Shown here: piece after piece, positions 24,639-35,400 of the stretch | Layout: every line of letters begins with the position of its first letter | Position numbering within the stretch: the first letter of the stretch is position 1 | DNA from: a virus | Taxonomy: Duplodnaviria; Caudoviricetes | DNA length: 51,620 bases | IMG/VR virus record: IMGVR_UViG_3300005077_000033 | Coordinates: 1 to 51,620 of that record | Direction: 5' to 3' (one strand) | Translations under genes and position numbers: made by a program | The notes under the pieces: model-generated | The model's database searches: none | Seen by the model: only the letters and a program-made list of their open reading frames with translations | Told to the model about the DNA's origin: nothing

Positions 24639-26523
24639 CTTGTACCTCCACCAGATTCACCATGATCCGTGTTTCGATGATCTCGCCTCCAGCATAATCG
24701 TCCCCAGAACGAGAACGTGCCTGTCTGCTGAGGGATGTCATGTATACCTTGTGTGCCCCTCCCCACAAATCAACAAACTCAATAGGGGATTTGGATGCCC
24801 TTGCCTCTTTCAACCGATCCCATATTTGTCCTGCGTTTGCTGACTCAGGCTGGTTGTAGCCGGAACCAATAACCATGAACCCGTACCCGTAGTATTCGTC
24901 CGGTCTCAGGATAAGCCGGAGGGTAGCACTGGAAAGCACAGGGGACTGGCTTGAATCTTCAGTAACCAACTTGAATTTCAGTTGGATGTAGTTGTACTCC
25001 ACAGTAGACTGGTTCGGTCCGGTGGGGTCGGTAAGTTCATTGACCCCGTTCGTGGTTATTTTATTCGTAATTCCGTCTTCTCCGCCCCACGGTTGCCACG
25101 TGCCATCATCCAACTTATAGTAAAGTAGAATGTAACGGTTACTTGAACAGTTAGCCGCCTCCAGCAGCAGCGAGGGGGAAGACTTTTCAATACGACGAAA
25201 CCCTGCTGCCATACGGGAAGTCACCAATGTGTGCGTACCTGTGGTAGGGAAGTCTGGATAGGGGTACACAGACCTGTCATTGAACGGAATATAGTAAAGA
25301 AACGATCCTCCCGATCCGGTAATGGCATACCATAGTCTGTTATTGAAGGAGTCAAAGTACATAGCTGTAACACCGCCATCCCCTCCCGTAGCGGAGGTCA
25401 CCAACTTATGCCATCCTACCCCATCAAAGCATAGAATGTGTTCTTCATAGGAAGAAGCACTTGTCATCGCGGACATAAACAAATACTTACCGAACACCAC
25501 AAAGTTATTAAAGTGTCCGTAAGTTTCATACGGATAAGAGTCCGTAATAGGTGGAGGGGTTACATCTGTAAGACGGGCACCCGTCCACTGATACAGGGTG
25601 TCCCTGATAGGGAACACCACATACCCATTGTGGATAGCCCACGACCTGAAGTTATAGGGGCTGGCTACGTCTCCAAAGTCCAGTACCTTTCGTGCGGCTG
25701 TTCTGTCTTTGTCAATGCGATACAGCCCATCCGCCTTTGGCACATGAATGTCTCCGGCGAAAGAGAACGCCCCCAGTGTGATATAGCCGTCAATACCAAC
25801 GGGGATCATGGCAGGATCATCAGAGGCTGTCCCGTGCAGGGTACTGAGGTCAATGGTGTCGTCAAAATACACCTGATTTGCGTTCTCGCCCAGTGCATCT
25901 GCATCTTTGCCGCCATACACATATCCGTCATGATGATGGAGCCAGTTAAAGTCCACAACCGAGGCATTGATGCCAGCAGTCTGCCACCCGTCACTTGACG
26001 TCCCGTCTGTGGAGGGGTTGTCTGTGTAGAATATTTCATTATTGGTGCAGGCGAACAGGTATTTACCATTCTGCCACAGGAACTTGACCCCGTCGGTGGA
26101 ACTGGGGAAGGCATCCGACCAAGTACCATCTGAGGATGTGTATTTACGCAACCCCCCGCCATAATTCGTATAAATATTACCGTCGAACTCCTGAATGGCA
26201 GTTCTTGTGTACAGATAGTTGTCCGAGTCAGCAACGGTAGATTTGGTAAACAGCATAACAATTCCGTCGTGGCGCGTATCAATATTACCTTCTGTATACA
26301 GGTACCCCTGCGGGTCTTCATGCCACTGGAACCCGAACCCGTGCTGCCAGTCCGTAATCATCACGGGCTGGTACAGTCCGAGTTCTCCGTAGATGATACC
26401 GCTACCGGGCACAGAGGCGCGAGGGGAGAAATCGGTGACGTCCTTTTCGTTGTAACTCTGAAGGTCGATCCGGTAATACCTGCCGTTGATTTGGATGTCG
26501 CCGTGTTCTCTCATAGTTACCAC
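24631..26523 (-). CDS. Podovirus tail nozzle/stabilisation protein
   Basis: 630 aa, beta-propeller-like composition; position after the adaptor gene. Confidence 0.6.
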   Translation of the reverse strand: MVTMREHGDIQINGRYYRIDLQSYNEKDVTDFSPRASVPGSGIIYGELGLYQPVMITDWQHGFGFQWHEDPQGYLYTEGNIDTRHDGIVMLFTKSTVADSDNYLYTRTAIQEFDGNIYTNYGGGLRKYTSSDGTWSDAFPSSTDGVKFLWQNGKYLFACTNNEIFYTDNPSTDGTSSDGWQTAGINASVVDFNWLHHHDGYVYGGKDADALGENANQVYFDDTIDLSTLHGTASDDPAMIPVGIDGYITLGAFSFAGDIHVPKADGLYRIDKDRTAARKVLDFGDVASPYNFRSWAIHNGYVVFPIRDTLYQWTGARLTDVTPPPITDSYPYETYGHFNNFVVFGKYLFMSAMTSASSYEEHILCFDGVGWHKLVTSATGGDGGVTAMYFDSFNNRLWYAITGSGGSFLYYIPFNDRSVYPYPDFPTTGTHTLVTSRMAAGFRRIEKSSPSLLLEAANCSSNRYILLYYKLDDGTWQPWGGEDGITNKITTNGVNELTDPTGPNQSTVEYNYIQLKFKLVTEDSSQSPVLSSATLRLILRPDEYYGYGFMVIGSGYNQPESANAGQIWDRLKEARASKSPIEFVDLWGGAHKVYMTSLSRQARSRSGDDYAGGEIIETRIMVNLVEVQDG

Positions 26524-27641
26524 CCCAACGGGTTCTCATTCAGGATCGTTGATGGATAGCCAGTCATAGGCTCTCGCATCATCGCCGGAATAGAGCGGCT
26601 TGGATTCTTCTGTCGATACAACTCCGCAATCTGGTCATGCAGTTCCGAGGCATCCCCGTGGAGTGCTTTGTCTGCATCTGTCAGTCCGATCATTCGGTCG
26701 TGCAAATAAGATAACGCCTTATGACACACGAAGTCCTTCGGTACATAAGTAATATCGGAGTCTGCCGTCAGTTCTTCTGGGAGGGACAGGTATACGAGCC
26801 TGATCCTGTACCCGTTCCAGCGACTCAGACCAGAATCAATCCATATCTTTGTAGGAAATTCCTCTTTGTCCGGCAGAACCGTTCGCAGAGGAGTCCACGT
26901 AGCCAGCTGCTCGGAGCTGCTCCATACCTTGAACTTTGAGTCTGTCGCTGGTGTAGTATCAAAGGCTTCGGACACAATCAATTTGCCGTCTGTCGCTGTA
27001 CAGTCAGAGATGGTGCGCAGTTGCCCTGATCCTGTGCCAGAATAAATGGACAGATGGTAGCCGTTGTACTCGTCATCCGAGAAAGACAGGCTGGTAGTAA
27101 TGTAATCACTGGCACCCGTAACAGGGTTTCCCTCGCAGGCGGAAGCTACCCCGTCCTCCAGATAGATTTGCCTGATTTGCCACGGTATCCGAGTCAGATC
27201 AGTCAGATCGTATTCCAATACATTCTCTCGAACAACGAGGCTCTCGTCTATCACAGTGTCCGGGTAGGCTTTCTGACCCTCACGGATACCGTAATTGAGT
27301 GCCTTGTGGATAGCGGCAGGACTCCACCTGCCCGTTATTTCAATCTGGTCACTGGCAGAGGGAGCCGACGGCAGAGGGTAGTCCAGAATCAGAGTACCGT
27401 TCTGTCGAACGAACCCAGCGATTTCTCTGAACATCCCCTCGCATACGCCGGAAACAAAGTAGGCATACGAATGAGTCCAAAACCCATCGTTCTGAAACAG
27501 GGAATCAGAGCAGTTTACTTTTGTTGTAGTCGGGGTTCCGGTGACGGGCACATATCCGTTCTCGTACTTGTTGTAAAAGAACATATTTGACATAATGCCC
27601 AATTCGCGCCGCAACTCCTGTCTTGTGCTGGAAGGTTCCAT
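26517..27641 (-). CDS. Head-tail adaptor/tail tubular-like protein
   Basis: Position in the structural module; repeated SG.G.G..R.I modules. Confidence 0.55.
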   Translation of the reverse strand: MEPSSTRQELRRELGIMSNMFFYNKYENGYVPVTGTPTTTKVNCSDSLFQNDGFWTHSYAYFVSGVCEGMFREIAGFVRQNGTLILDYPLPSAPSASDQIEITGRWSPAAIHKALNYGIREGQKAYPDTVIDESLVVRENVLEYDLTDLTRIPWQIRQIYLEDGVASACEGNPVTGASDYITTSLSFSDDEYNGYHLSIYSGTGSGQLRTISDCTATDGKLIVSEAFDTTPATDSKFKVWSSSEQLATWTPLRTVLPDKEEFPTKIWIDSGLSRWNGYRIRLVYLSLPEELTADSDITYVPKDFVCHKALSYLHDRMIGLTDADKALHGDASELHDQIAELYRQKNPSRSIPAMMREPMTGYPSTILNENPLGW

Positions 27642-27651
27642 GTTCCCCTCC

Positions 27652-28011
27652 TTATACTTGACTGAAGATGTAAAGTTCTCTCGCGACAGCTTGCGCTACC
27701 GGAGTAGCTGCTACACCACTCCGAATCTTAAAGAACTGAAGTCCGGCAACCTCACTTTCATCGAAAGTAAAATAGGTACTCGCTGCCCCTGTTCGGGTAA
27801 CTTCTCCCGAAGAGCAATGGACAGGATAAAACGTACCACCCGACAGCGGAGAAACAGCCAGAGAAAGGGAGGCGGCAGTCCAATCCGTAGAGGCAATCAG
27901 AATCCCGCACAACTTTTTCCCCCTCAGATTGTACTCGGCTGTCAGTCCGGTAGTGTCAGTCGAGAGGGTAATCTTCTCCGCAAATAACATGTTCGAATTT
28001 TCGTATGCCAT
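27652..28011 (-). CDS. Virion-associated hypothetical protein
   Basis: GAGGAAG RBS; structural module. Confidence 0.6.
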   Translation of the reverse strand: MAYENSNMLFAEKITLSTDTTGLTAEYNLRGKKLCGILIASTDWTAASLSLAVSPLSGGTFYPVHCSSGEVTRTGAASTYFTFDESEVAGLQFFKIRSGVAATPVAQAVARELYIFSQV

Positions 28012-28020
28012 ATCTTCCTC

Positions 28021-28797
28021 CTAACTATTGATAATCAGTTTCTCTCCACCACTCCCGAACTGTTCCCCTATGGAGTCCAGTGTTTTCTGGAGTGTGTGTA
28101 TGTCTTTATAGGCAGACATCGCTTTCTTTCGTTCCTCGTTTTCGAGCTGCGACTTCCTTCGTTCTCTCAGGGCGTTCGCTATTGTTCGTGGAACCTCATG
28201 AGAGCCGGGCGTAAGTACGTACTCAACGTCCATGATACGTACCACCTCTGGTTCGAGTATCCGTCGGAGTGCCCCTCCGACTTTCACCATGCGCTCAACG
28301 CCGGGAATGAGTACAGTCTCTTTCGGTTCCGCATTGAGGCGAGCCATAAATTCCAGTCTCTTTACACTGTTCTCGGCAGCCGTCTTGGCTCGCATGGTTT
28401 TGAATACTTCCATGCCCTTTGCCTTTTCCCTCTCCAGTCGTTCGCCTGTGAGGTGGTTGGCTCTTTCAAGTACATCCTCAACAAACCGCACCCTGTCAGT
28501 TTCGTACTGCTCAGAGGCTTTGTCCATCTTTTCCGCCTGAGCGAATAGTCTGTTGACCTCAGCTGAGGCTTCCGGTCTGGAGAGCAGACTGGCTTTGCCC
28601 CTGATTTCCTTCTGGAGAGCGAGGGCAATTCGGAGAGCCTCTACATTCGAGGCGTCTGGAAGTTCTTCCATCACCGCCTTCATGAGTGAGCTGTTCGGGT
28701 CCACGGCTCGGCTTAGTATTTCCTTTTCCCTCCGAACGTCACGGAGATCGGGATCAACCTGTGCCGAACTATTTCGCCTCTTTCTTCGTCTCGCCAT
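28021..28797 (-). CDS. Hypothetical basic helical protein
   Basis: GGAGG RBS before ATG 28797 (MARRRKRRN). Confidence 0.65.
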   Translation of the reverse strand: MARRRKRRNSSAQVDPDLRDVRREKEILSRAVDPNSSLMKAVMEELPDASNVEALRIALALQKEIRGKASLLSRPEASAEVNRLFAQAEKMDKASEQYETDRVRFVEDVLERANHLTGERLEREKAKGMEVFKTMRAKTAAENSVKRLEFMARLNAEPKETVLIPGVERMVKVGGALRRILEPEVVRIMDVEYVLTPGSHEVPRTIANALRERRKSQLENEERKKAMSAYKDIHTLQKTLDSIGEQFGSGGEKLIINS

Positions 28798-29980
28798 ATC
28801 TTTCCTCCAGTGCTTCTCTGATTTTTCCTGTAATATCTCCGGTCTCGTCCTCGTACTGCATGTCAATCATTGTCATGAGGAACTTGACCACTCCCTTGCG
28901 TCCTACTACTGTGTTGAGGACCCCTGTTGCCTTTGCAATACTTTCTTGTACCTTTTTCAATTCAGGAAGGAGGCGTTCATCCAGCATCCCCAGTTCCTGT
29001 ATATCAAGCAGACACTGCTTGTACCCGATCTTTGCCTGTCTGTTCCCTGCCATTGTTTCAATGGCTGATTCAATATTCTCCAGCCGAAACTGCAAGTGCT
29101 GGCGGTTCAAAAATCCATTAAAGTCCAGCTCGCCTATCAGTGCAGTATCTGTTTCATCTTCGCCCTCGTGTTGTTTTTGCACTATGTGGAGAAGCTGTTC
29201 CAGTTCCTGCTTCATGCCTAGCTGGATATTCGCAAAAGCTACCTCATTAGACAGCTTCTTGGATACCTTGTCGAACGCCTCCTTTACCGCCGCTGGACTA
29301 TCGTCAGACAGGGCTTCTTCCAGATCGTGAAATTTTTTCTCCGTTCTCTTGAACTTGACTTCTTCTTCAGCCGCAAGTTCTGTCTGTTTTTCCAGCAGAA
29401 CCTTCAGGTGGGTGTCTGTAATCAGGCGGGAGAAGTCATAAGCATACAACGGTCCCCTTGTCAGTGAGGACTTCTCATGGACGACCACCTCAATACCAAG
29501 ACCACGGGCAAATCCAATCCAGTATTCGGCGTTCGGTCTCTGGTACCTGTACTCCGTTTCGTTTGTCATGTCAAACCCATAGATCAGAATACGTTCTACC
29601 TTTTCCACATAGATAGCATACGCCATCATGTATCCAAAGGTGGAGGTGACCACGAACGGGGCTGGGTGTTGTGCTTTGATATCTTCCAGAGGGAACTCAA
29701 TACTGCCGGGGACATCCTCATACGCTTTCTGCATAATAATGGGGATAGAAGTGTCCCGTTCTTCCTTCTTGCACTGAAGCCATTCCCAGTGCTTTGAGTC
29801 ATTGAAGTTGTTCTTCCTTGTAAAGTCCACCCGCGGGTGTATCTGGAATAACAAGTCGTACCGCTTCATAAAATCAAAGTGGTACGACTCATTCATCGCC
29901 CAAATTTTTACATCAGGATCATCATACGGAGCAAAGTCACGCGTATTTTCTGCAAAACCTACCAGAGCTACTGTTTTCAT
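28769..29980 (-). CDS. Sialyltransferase/DUF115-like domain fused to a coiled coil
   Basis: KTVALVG...WAMN...STFGYMMAYAI...ILIYGFDM...EY..QR; helical C-terminal half. Confidence 0.6.
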   Translation of the reverse strand: MKTVALVGFAENTRDFAPYDDPDVKIWAMNESYHFDFMKRYDLLFQIHPRVDFTRKNNFNDSKHWEWLQCKKEERDTSIPIIMQKAYEDVPGSIEFPLEDIKAQHPAPFVVTSTFGYMMAYAIYVEKVERILIYGFDMTNETEYRYQRPNAEYWIGFARGLGIEVVVHEKSSLTRGPLYAYDFSRLITDTHLKVLLEKQTELAAEEEVKFKRTEKKFHDLEEALSDDSPAAVKEAFDKVSKKLSNEVAFANIQLGMKQELEQLLHIVQKQHEGEDETDTALIGELDFNGFLNRQHLQFRLENIESAIETMAGNRQAKIGYKQCLLDIQELGMLDERLLPELKKVQESIAKATGVLNTVVGRKGVVKFLMTMIDMQYEDETGDITGKIREALEERYGETKKEAK

Positions 29981-30040
29981 TCATACTCCTAGAGACAGCG
30001 GCTGTCCCGCTGTTTCGGTTACGCGTTCTGAAGCGCAGAG

Positions 30041-30547
30041 TTAGATGGCAGCAGCCATAGAGTAGACTACGTACACATCTACTGCGCCTGCGGCCAGAGT
30101 TACAGCCGCACTTGTCATACCGATAGCATCAGTGCCGCTGGTAGTGAACCCGCCAGCGAGAGCAGGAAATGCGGTGTCTGAGGTCGGGAAAGTCGCACCC
30201 ATGAGAGCCGCCAGACCCAGACTTTTCATCCACACGATCTCTGCATCAGCAGCATCAGACCCGCCGAGGTGAGCGGCAGTAGCGAACCCATCAGGATCAC
30301 TCGCCGGACCGAGGGTCAGAGTTGCGCCATTGGTGAATGACTCAGTGACCTGCCAGCCGATGTCATGAATAATCATGTTCGCCGGAATGTCAAACAGAGT
30401 GTCGAGACCAACGGCGTCTGAGGTGCATGAAGCAACCACGTCAGGGTTACCGGACGAAACGCCGTAGGTAACCTTCGCCACCTTCATAACGCAAGGCTCG
30501 TCTCCGAGAAACGGTTCTGCGGTAAAGGGAATAGTTTTACTAGCCAT
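30041..30547 (-). CDS. Capsid decoration/minor head protein
   Basis: GGAGG RBS; directly after the major capsid gene. Confidence 0.55.
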   Translation of the reverse strand: MASKTIPFTAEPFLGDEPCVMKVAKVTYGVSSGNPDVVASCTSDAVGLDTLFDIPANMIIHDIGWQVTESFTNGATLTLGPASDPDGFATAAHLGGSDAADAEIVWMKSLGLAALMGATFPTSDTAFPALAGGFTTSGTDAIGMTSAAVTLAAGAVDVYVVYSMAAAI

Positions 30548-30560
30548 TTTTTGTACCTCC

Positions 30561-30575
30561 AAGTAATCGTTACTT
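30561..30575. promoter_or_regulatory. Palindromic site AAGTAA-TCG-TTACTT (copy 5)
   Basis: Intergenic; abuts the RBS of the gene after the capsid. Confidence 0.7.
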
Positions 30576-30576
30576 T

Positions 30577-30600
30577 GAGGGGGGGATTGCTCCCCCCTTC
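30577..30600 (-). terminator. GNRA-capped hairpin after the major capsid gene
   Basis: Minus strand GGGGGGA-GCAA-TCCCCCC; no clear U-tract. Confidence 0.5.
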
Positions 30601-30601
30601 A

Positions 30602-31597
30602 TTACGACATGTCGTTGCAGTGTTCCAGATCACGAATCCATGCGGAGTTCAGGACTTCCACGCCGAGCGTAGCCTTCCATCCCACGGTACCGCGCTGGTT
30701 CAGGGGGTCTTCCCCTCCCTCACCGAGAGCCTTTACGATAATTTCAACGGGGTTCACACTCTGTCCGGTCATTCCGCCCTTCTGAGCATCGCCCGGTCCG
30801 CCGTCCACAAAGCTCGGCATGAGACCGCTGATGCCTGCAACCACGAAGGATTCGCTACCGATGAACAGCGCAGAGTAGGGATCGGCACTGGAAGCCCCAC
30901 CATCAGTGTAGTACCGGGCATTGGAAGTCATATACAGCCGACAGCCAAGGATACGTCCGATATAGCCACTGCGAATGGAGTCGCCGCCCTCGCGGGTGAA
31001 CAGAGCCACAAAGGTGTCGTCCTTCATCAGGGTCACCCAAGTGAATGGATGAATAACTACAACGTAGTCATCCCCCTCAACGGCACGGGCATTGGCAGCA
31101 TGAAGCTGGGCAACCTGCTTGGCGAAGGATGCGTATGCAATTTTGTCGTTGACCGTATCAAGTTCGGTGCGCTGAGTAGCGGAACCTGCATAGTCCTTGG
31201 TGGAGCTTGCGGTGATCTCATTCCGAATGAGAGTATCAAAGGACAGACCAGCCTGCTCACCGAGGATGCCGGAGATTTCAGAAACCACCGGATCGAACTC
31301 AGTGACAGATAGCTTGTCTGTATAGCGGAGCCATGAACCATACCACGAAGGGGTAATGGTGTAAGTGGACAGGGTGGGAATAGTTGCTTCGGTAGGAGTC
31401 ACACCCTCGCTGAGTGCGGTGGTGACAGCAGACATGGAACCGAACTTACGGTACTCGTAAGTGCCGTAGCCGTTCCACTGTGCCTGCATGGACCCCTTGT
31501 TGTGGACCAGACGAGGAAGCGCACGCGTAAGCAGTCGCTTTTCGTAATAGGTTTTCACCGTGTCCGACAGTGAAGTGGTGTTTGCATTTGTAGCCAT
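30602..31597 (-). CDS. Major capsid protein (N4-gp56-like family)
   Basis: YYEKRLL.RA.P.LV, LSEGVTP, YVVVIHP, GYIG...G, DPLNQRGTVGWK. Confidence 0.9.
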   Translation of the reverse strand: MATNANTTSLSDTVKTYYEKRLLTRALPRLVHNKGSMQAQWNGYGTYEYRKFGSMSAVTTALSEGVTPTEATIPTLSTYTITPSWYGSWLRYTDKLSVTEFDPVVSEISGILGEQAGLSFDTLIRNEITASSTKDYAGSATQRTELDTVNDKIAYASFAKQVAQLHAANARAVEGDDYVVVIHPFTWVTLMKDDTFVALFTREGGDSIRSGYIGRILGCRLYMTSNARYYTDGGASSADPYSALFIGSESFVVAGISGLMPSFVDGGPGDAQKGGMTGQSVNPVEIIVKALGEGGEDPLNQRGTVGWKATLGVEVLNSAWIRDLEHCNDMS

Positions 31598-31633
31598 TTA
31601 TAGCCTCCACTCCCGGAACACGGTGGAGGATGA

Positions 31634-32434
31634 TTACTCCGTTACGAGTCCCGGAAGAATAGATGGGGGTACTTGTCCAGTTTCAACCAGACGATAAAAG
31701 TCTTCGTCAGAAAGGTCGCGCCCCAACTGTTTTCCTACAGATTCTTTTACTTGTGCAAATGAAGGCGGAGCCGGGGCAGAGCCACGGGCACCAGCCTCTC
31801 CGATAGTACGCTTAGGTACTGGTTTACTTTCCGGTTTCTTCGCTTCCTGTGTTGCTGCTGGTGTACTGGCTGCTGGAGCTGCGGCGGCACCCGCACGTAA
31901 CGTGGCAAGTTCTTCCTGCACAGCCTGCCAACCAGAGCGGAACAGATTGTCCGGTGACGAGCGATCTAGTTTATCTAAGGGAACACCGAGTGCCGTAAAG
32001 CCGTTAATGTTATCCTGCATCATCTGCATACTGCGAAGTTTTTCTTCCGCTTCTGCTGCACGCTGTTCGGCACGGGAAATCTTCCGTGAAACGACTGACT
32101 GCTGGTACTTGGTTCTCTCATTTTCGTCGAGGTTCGCCAGCATCAATTCGTTCATTTGATTTTCCATGGCTTCAATTTCCTGCTGGTACTTGTTCTGTAC
32201 TGCTGAAATCCTGCGGTCCGACTCAGACTGAAGCTCACGTTCCCTCTGCGCGAGTTTCTGACTCAGTGTTGAGAACTTTGAGTCATACTCTTGCTTTAGT
32301 TTCGCTAAGTCTTCACCTGTCGAGTCTAGGGGCTGTTCCTGTCCGGCTTCATTTCCAGAAACTCCCTCCTGATTTTCTGCCTCCATCCGGTCAGCAGAAT
32401 CAGTGTTCGGCTCTTTGGTAAATTCGTCACCCAT
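31634..32434 (-). CDS. Scaffolding protein
   Basis: Acidic N-terminus and coiled coil; directly upstream of the capsid gene. Confidence 0.7.
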   Translation of the reverse strand: MGDEFTKEPNTDSADRMEAENQEGVSGNEAGQEQPLDSTGEDLAKLKQEYDSKFSTLSQKLAQRERELQSESDRRISAVQNKYQQEIEAMENQMNELMLANLDENERTKYQQSVVSRKISRAEQRAAEAEEKLRSMQMMQDNINGFTALGVPLDKLDRSSPDNLFRSGWQAVQEELATLRAGAAAAPAASTPAATQEAKKPESKPVPKRTIGEAGARGSAPAPPSFAQVKESVGKQLGRDLSDEDFYRLVETGQVPPSILPGLVTE

Positions 32435-32464
32435 AAGAAACCTCCTATATTCAGTTATGTCTAG

Positions 32465-32494
32465 ATTCTACCAAATTTGGATTATCTGTGTCAA
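32465..32494 (-). promoter_or_regulatory. Sigma70-type promoter for scaffold/capsid genes
   Basis: TTGACA-18-TAGAAT with extended TG. Confidence 0.65.
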
Positions 32495-35400
32495 TATAAT
32501 CCGTCATTTGCCTGAAGCACCAAAGCAAGGAACTCCCGCCATTCGGGGTGCCGTGACATGGTACTCTCAATAAACTGCACTGCATCTTCGGACAGCGGTT
32601 CTTCTTCTGTCAGCATATTCTCAATCTCTATTGCCAACTCATCACCCAGTGTGTCGAACATTCCATCCGGTGTGATGGTAGACGAACCAATAATATCGGC
32701 TACCGCCCCTGATGGCTGAATAACTTCCCCTCCGTGATATGTATCTTGGTTGTACCACTTTGACCACATCTGGAAGTTTTCGCCCCACTGGTCTCGTAAT
32801 TCGTAATAGGCTTTGATCCTCGGATTACGGCGATATTCTACCCTGCGATCCGCTGTACCCATACGATAGTACAGTGCCAGTTCGTCAAAAAACCGATCTC
32901 CGAGAGAGGACGTAACCATATTATTGAATTCGTCATTCAGGTTCTGCGCCTCTGCCCATTCAGCCATTTGCTGAGTGGAGGGTCTGGGGTACTGCAAGTA
33001 ATCCAGTGCATTGAACAGGGCACGAGCGAATTTGGCAAAGTCCGCAGGGTCTGACCATGCTGAACTATTCCCCCCAGATTCGTACCACAAATCGATCCCG
33101 CTCTCTACGTCCTTGTCCTCCAGAGCGATCATATAGTCTATGACCTCACTGGTCTTTCCGGGAGGAATAGAAGCCAGCCTGTTCCACACTTCTGCTTCCA
33201 CAAGCGCCGGACCTGTGACTGCCTGCTGACGATCTTCGATACTTTTGATCTCTACATCAGGCAACGTAGCCTGCTCTACCAGTTCCTCCAGTGTCCACCG
33301 CCCTTGGTAGTTCTCCAGCACCCATGCTGCCAGCTCCACGGGGGTCGGAGGTTCTGGATGGCTTTCCAAGAACAGACGTTCCGCAAGCTGCCGCTCTCTG
33401 CCGGATAAACCACCAATGGCATCCCAGTAAGGATTCCAATAGAGTTCCTGCCACGCAGAGTTGAGCGCATCCAGTGGTGTGTCTTTTGACTTCTGCCAGT
33501 CTGTGTAGCTGTCGGAAGTCATTCCCCGGATAAGCCCGTCAATAAACTTTTGAACATTGAAATCCTGTCCGAGGTATGTCTGAACCACGCCACTTCGCAG
33601 GTCTTCCATCGTCATCCCTCGACCGCCTCCGATATAGTCGTATAAAATTAGGTCAAATTTAGTGCCGAGAGCCTGCGCATAGACTTGCAGGTTCTGCTCC
33701 CACTGTGCCTTACGTTCGGCGTAGCTTTCATAGCTATCCCCTTCTTCATATTTTGGGGCACTTTCCCGAATAAGCCGGTAGAACAGATCACGCATCTCAT
33801 TTTCGATAACCTGCCGGGGCTTGTACCCTGAAGTAGTTGCCCGGTACGCATCCACATAATAGGGGTGTGCCTCGATTTGGGCGATGGCGGCGAAGTAATC
33901 CTGATATATCTGCCAGTACATACTTGAATCTGCTCCGATGTCCAGTGTACTCAGCCGAGCCTGTAGCTGTTCGTAGGCTACACCCTTCGCCTCATGATAG
34001 GCATTGGTTACGTTTTCCTCGTGGATGGTCTGTGCCATAATTTCCCGTCGCTGCTGGGGATTGGGTGTTTCCCCTTCCGGGGTCCGTACCCAGCGCATAG
34101 CACCATACATATTATTGATCCACCCTTCTGAGGTGTCGTACTTTGTCGTGGTGTACCGCTTCCAGCGTTCTTCGATGTGAGGATCGAGTCCAAAAGCTGC
34201 CGATCCTATTTGGTTATTGAGAGTATCTCTGAGCATATTGATGTTGGTTCGTATCTGAATGATACGGGCATCGGCATCCGTAAAGGACTTGGGATAGATA
34301 CCAGTAAAAAACCCGATCAGGGTTGTGTTGTAATTCTGGCTGAACGCCCTGCGTTCAGCCTCCATCCACCACTCGCTGTCCCTGCGGGGAGCCAACGTGT
34401 ACGGCACTTCCGGTGTAGTTTCTGGATGCGAAAGAGTATAAGCAGTAACAGAAGAACGGTAGCCGAGAGCTTCCTGCACCCTTGCCTGTACCTGATCTAC
34501 ATCTACACCGGCATCCATCCACTCCATCGCCATCTTCAGAAGTTCTTCCTCTACCGCCCAATCTTCCCAAGACTGCGCAGGTGAGAAGGCTCTACGGTAA
34601 GTCTGACCGAGTACGGGGCTTGTCTGGCTGAGTTTTTCTTCTATCCACAGATGTACCCACTTAGGGATAAGATTCGCCTGCGGAACCAGAGAGCTTGTAG
34701 GCACCACGTTCTCATCCAGCGCACCGACAGCGAACAATGGTCCGGTGATCCACGGAGGAAGGCTCATGCCAAAATATGATCCTGTGTCGTACAGCATCAT
34801 GGTTACTTTCTGTGCGAAGTTAAGGTCATCTGTATCATGCCAATACATCCTGCGGTCCGGCATGATGGTACGGATAGACAGGGAAGCCGTAAGGTCTACC
34901 CACGTGTCGGTGCCGGGGATAGGAATAAACCCGTTCATGGACGGAAGCACCTCGCCCTCTGATGTTACTGCCCCTGCCTGCTTTGCGAACCTGCGGCTTG
35001 TCTGCATATACCGCTCATAGTAAGCAATAAGGGCAGGACGGGTCGTAACCAAATCCAGCCACATGGGGATGGAGGACTTTGTAAACATCCAGAACGGATA
35101 GATCGCCTTGATGGTCTGATCCAGCTGAGAATACTCCGTGTAATCCACCATGACCCTTTGTGTTCGGGGCAGGGCACCCTCTATGTCACCCAGCCCTTCC
35201 AGAGAGGCACCGTTACTTCCGTTCATGGCAATCTCAATCGCGTTGTTCTTTTCTTTCACACCCAAGTCCAGAAGCACACTGCTGATAAGATCGTACTGTG
35301 ACTCAGGAATAAGCCCACGCACAGTACCAGATTTCATCTGTTCCAGCAGTTCTTCTTTCCATGTTGTGAGAACCTCACGGTACGCCTTGAATTTCAGTTC

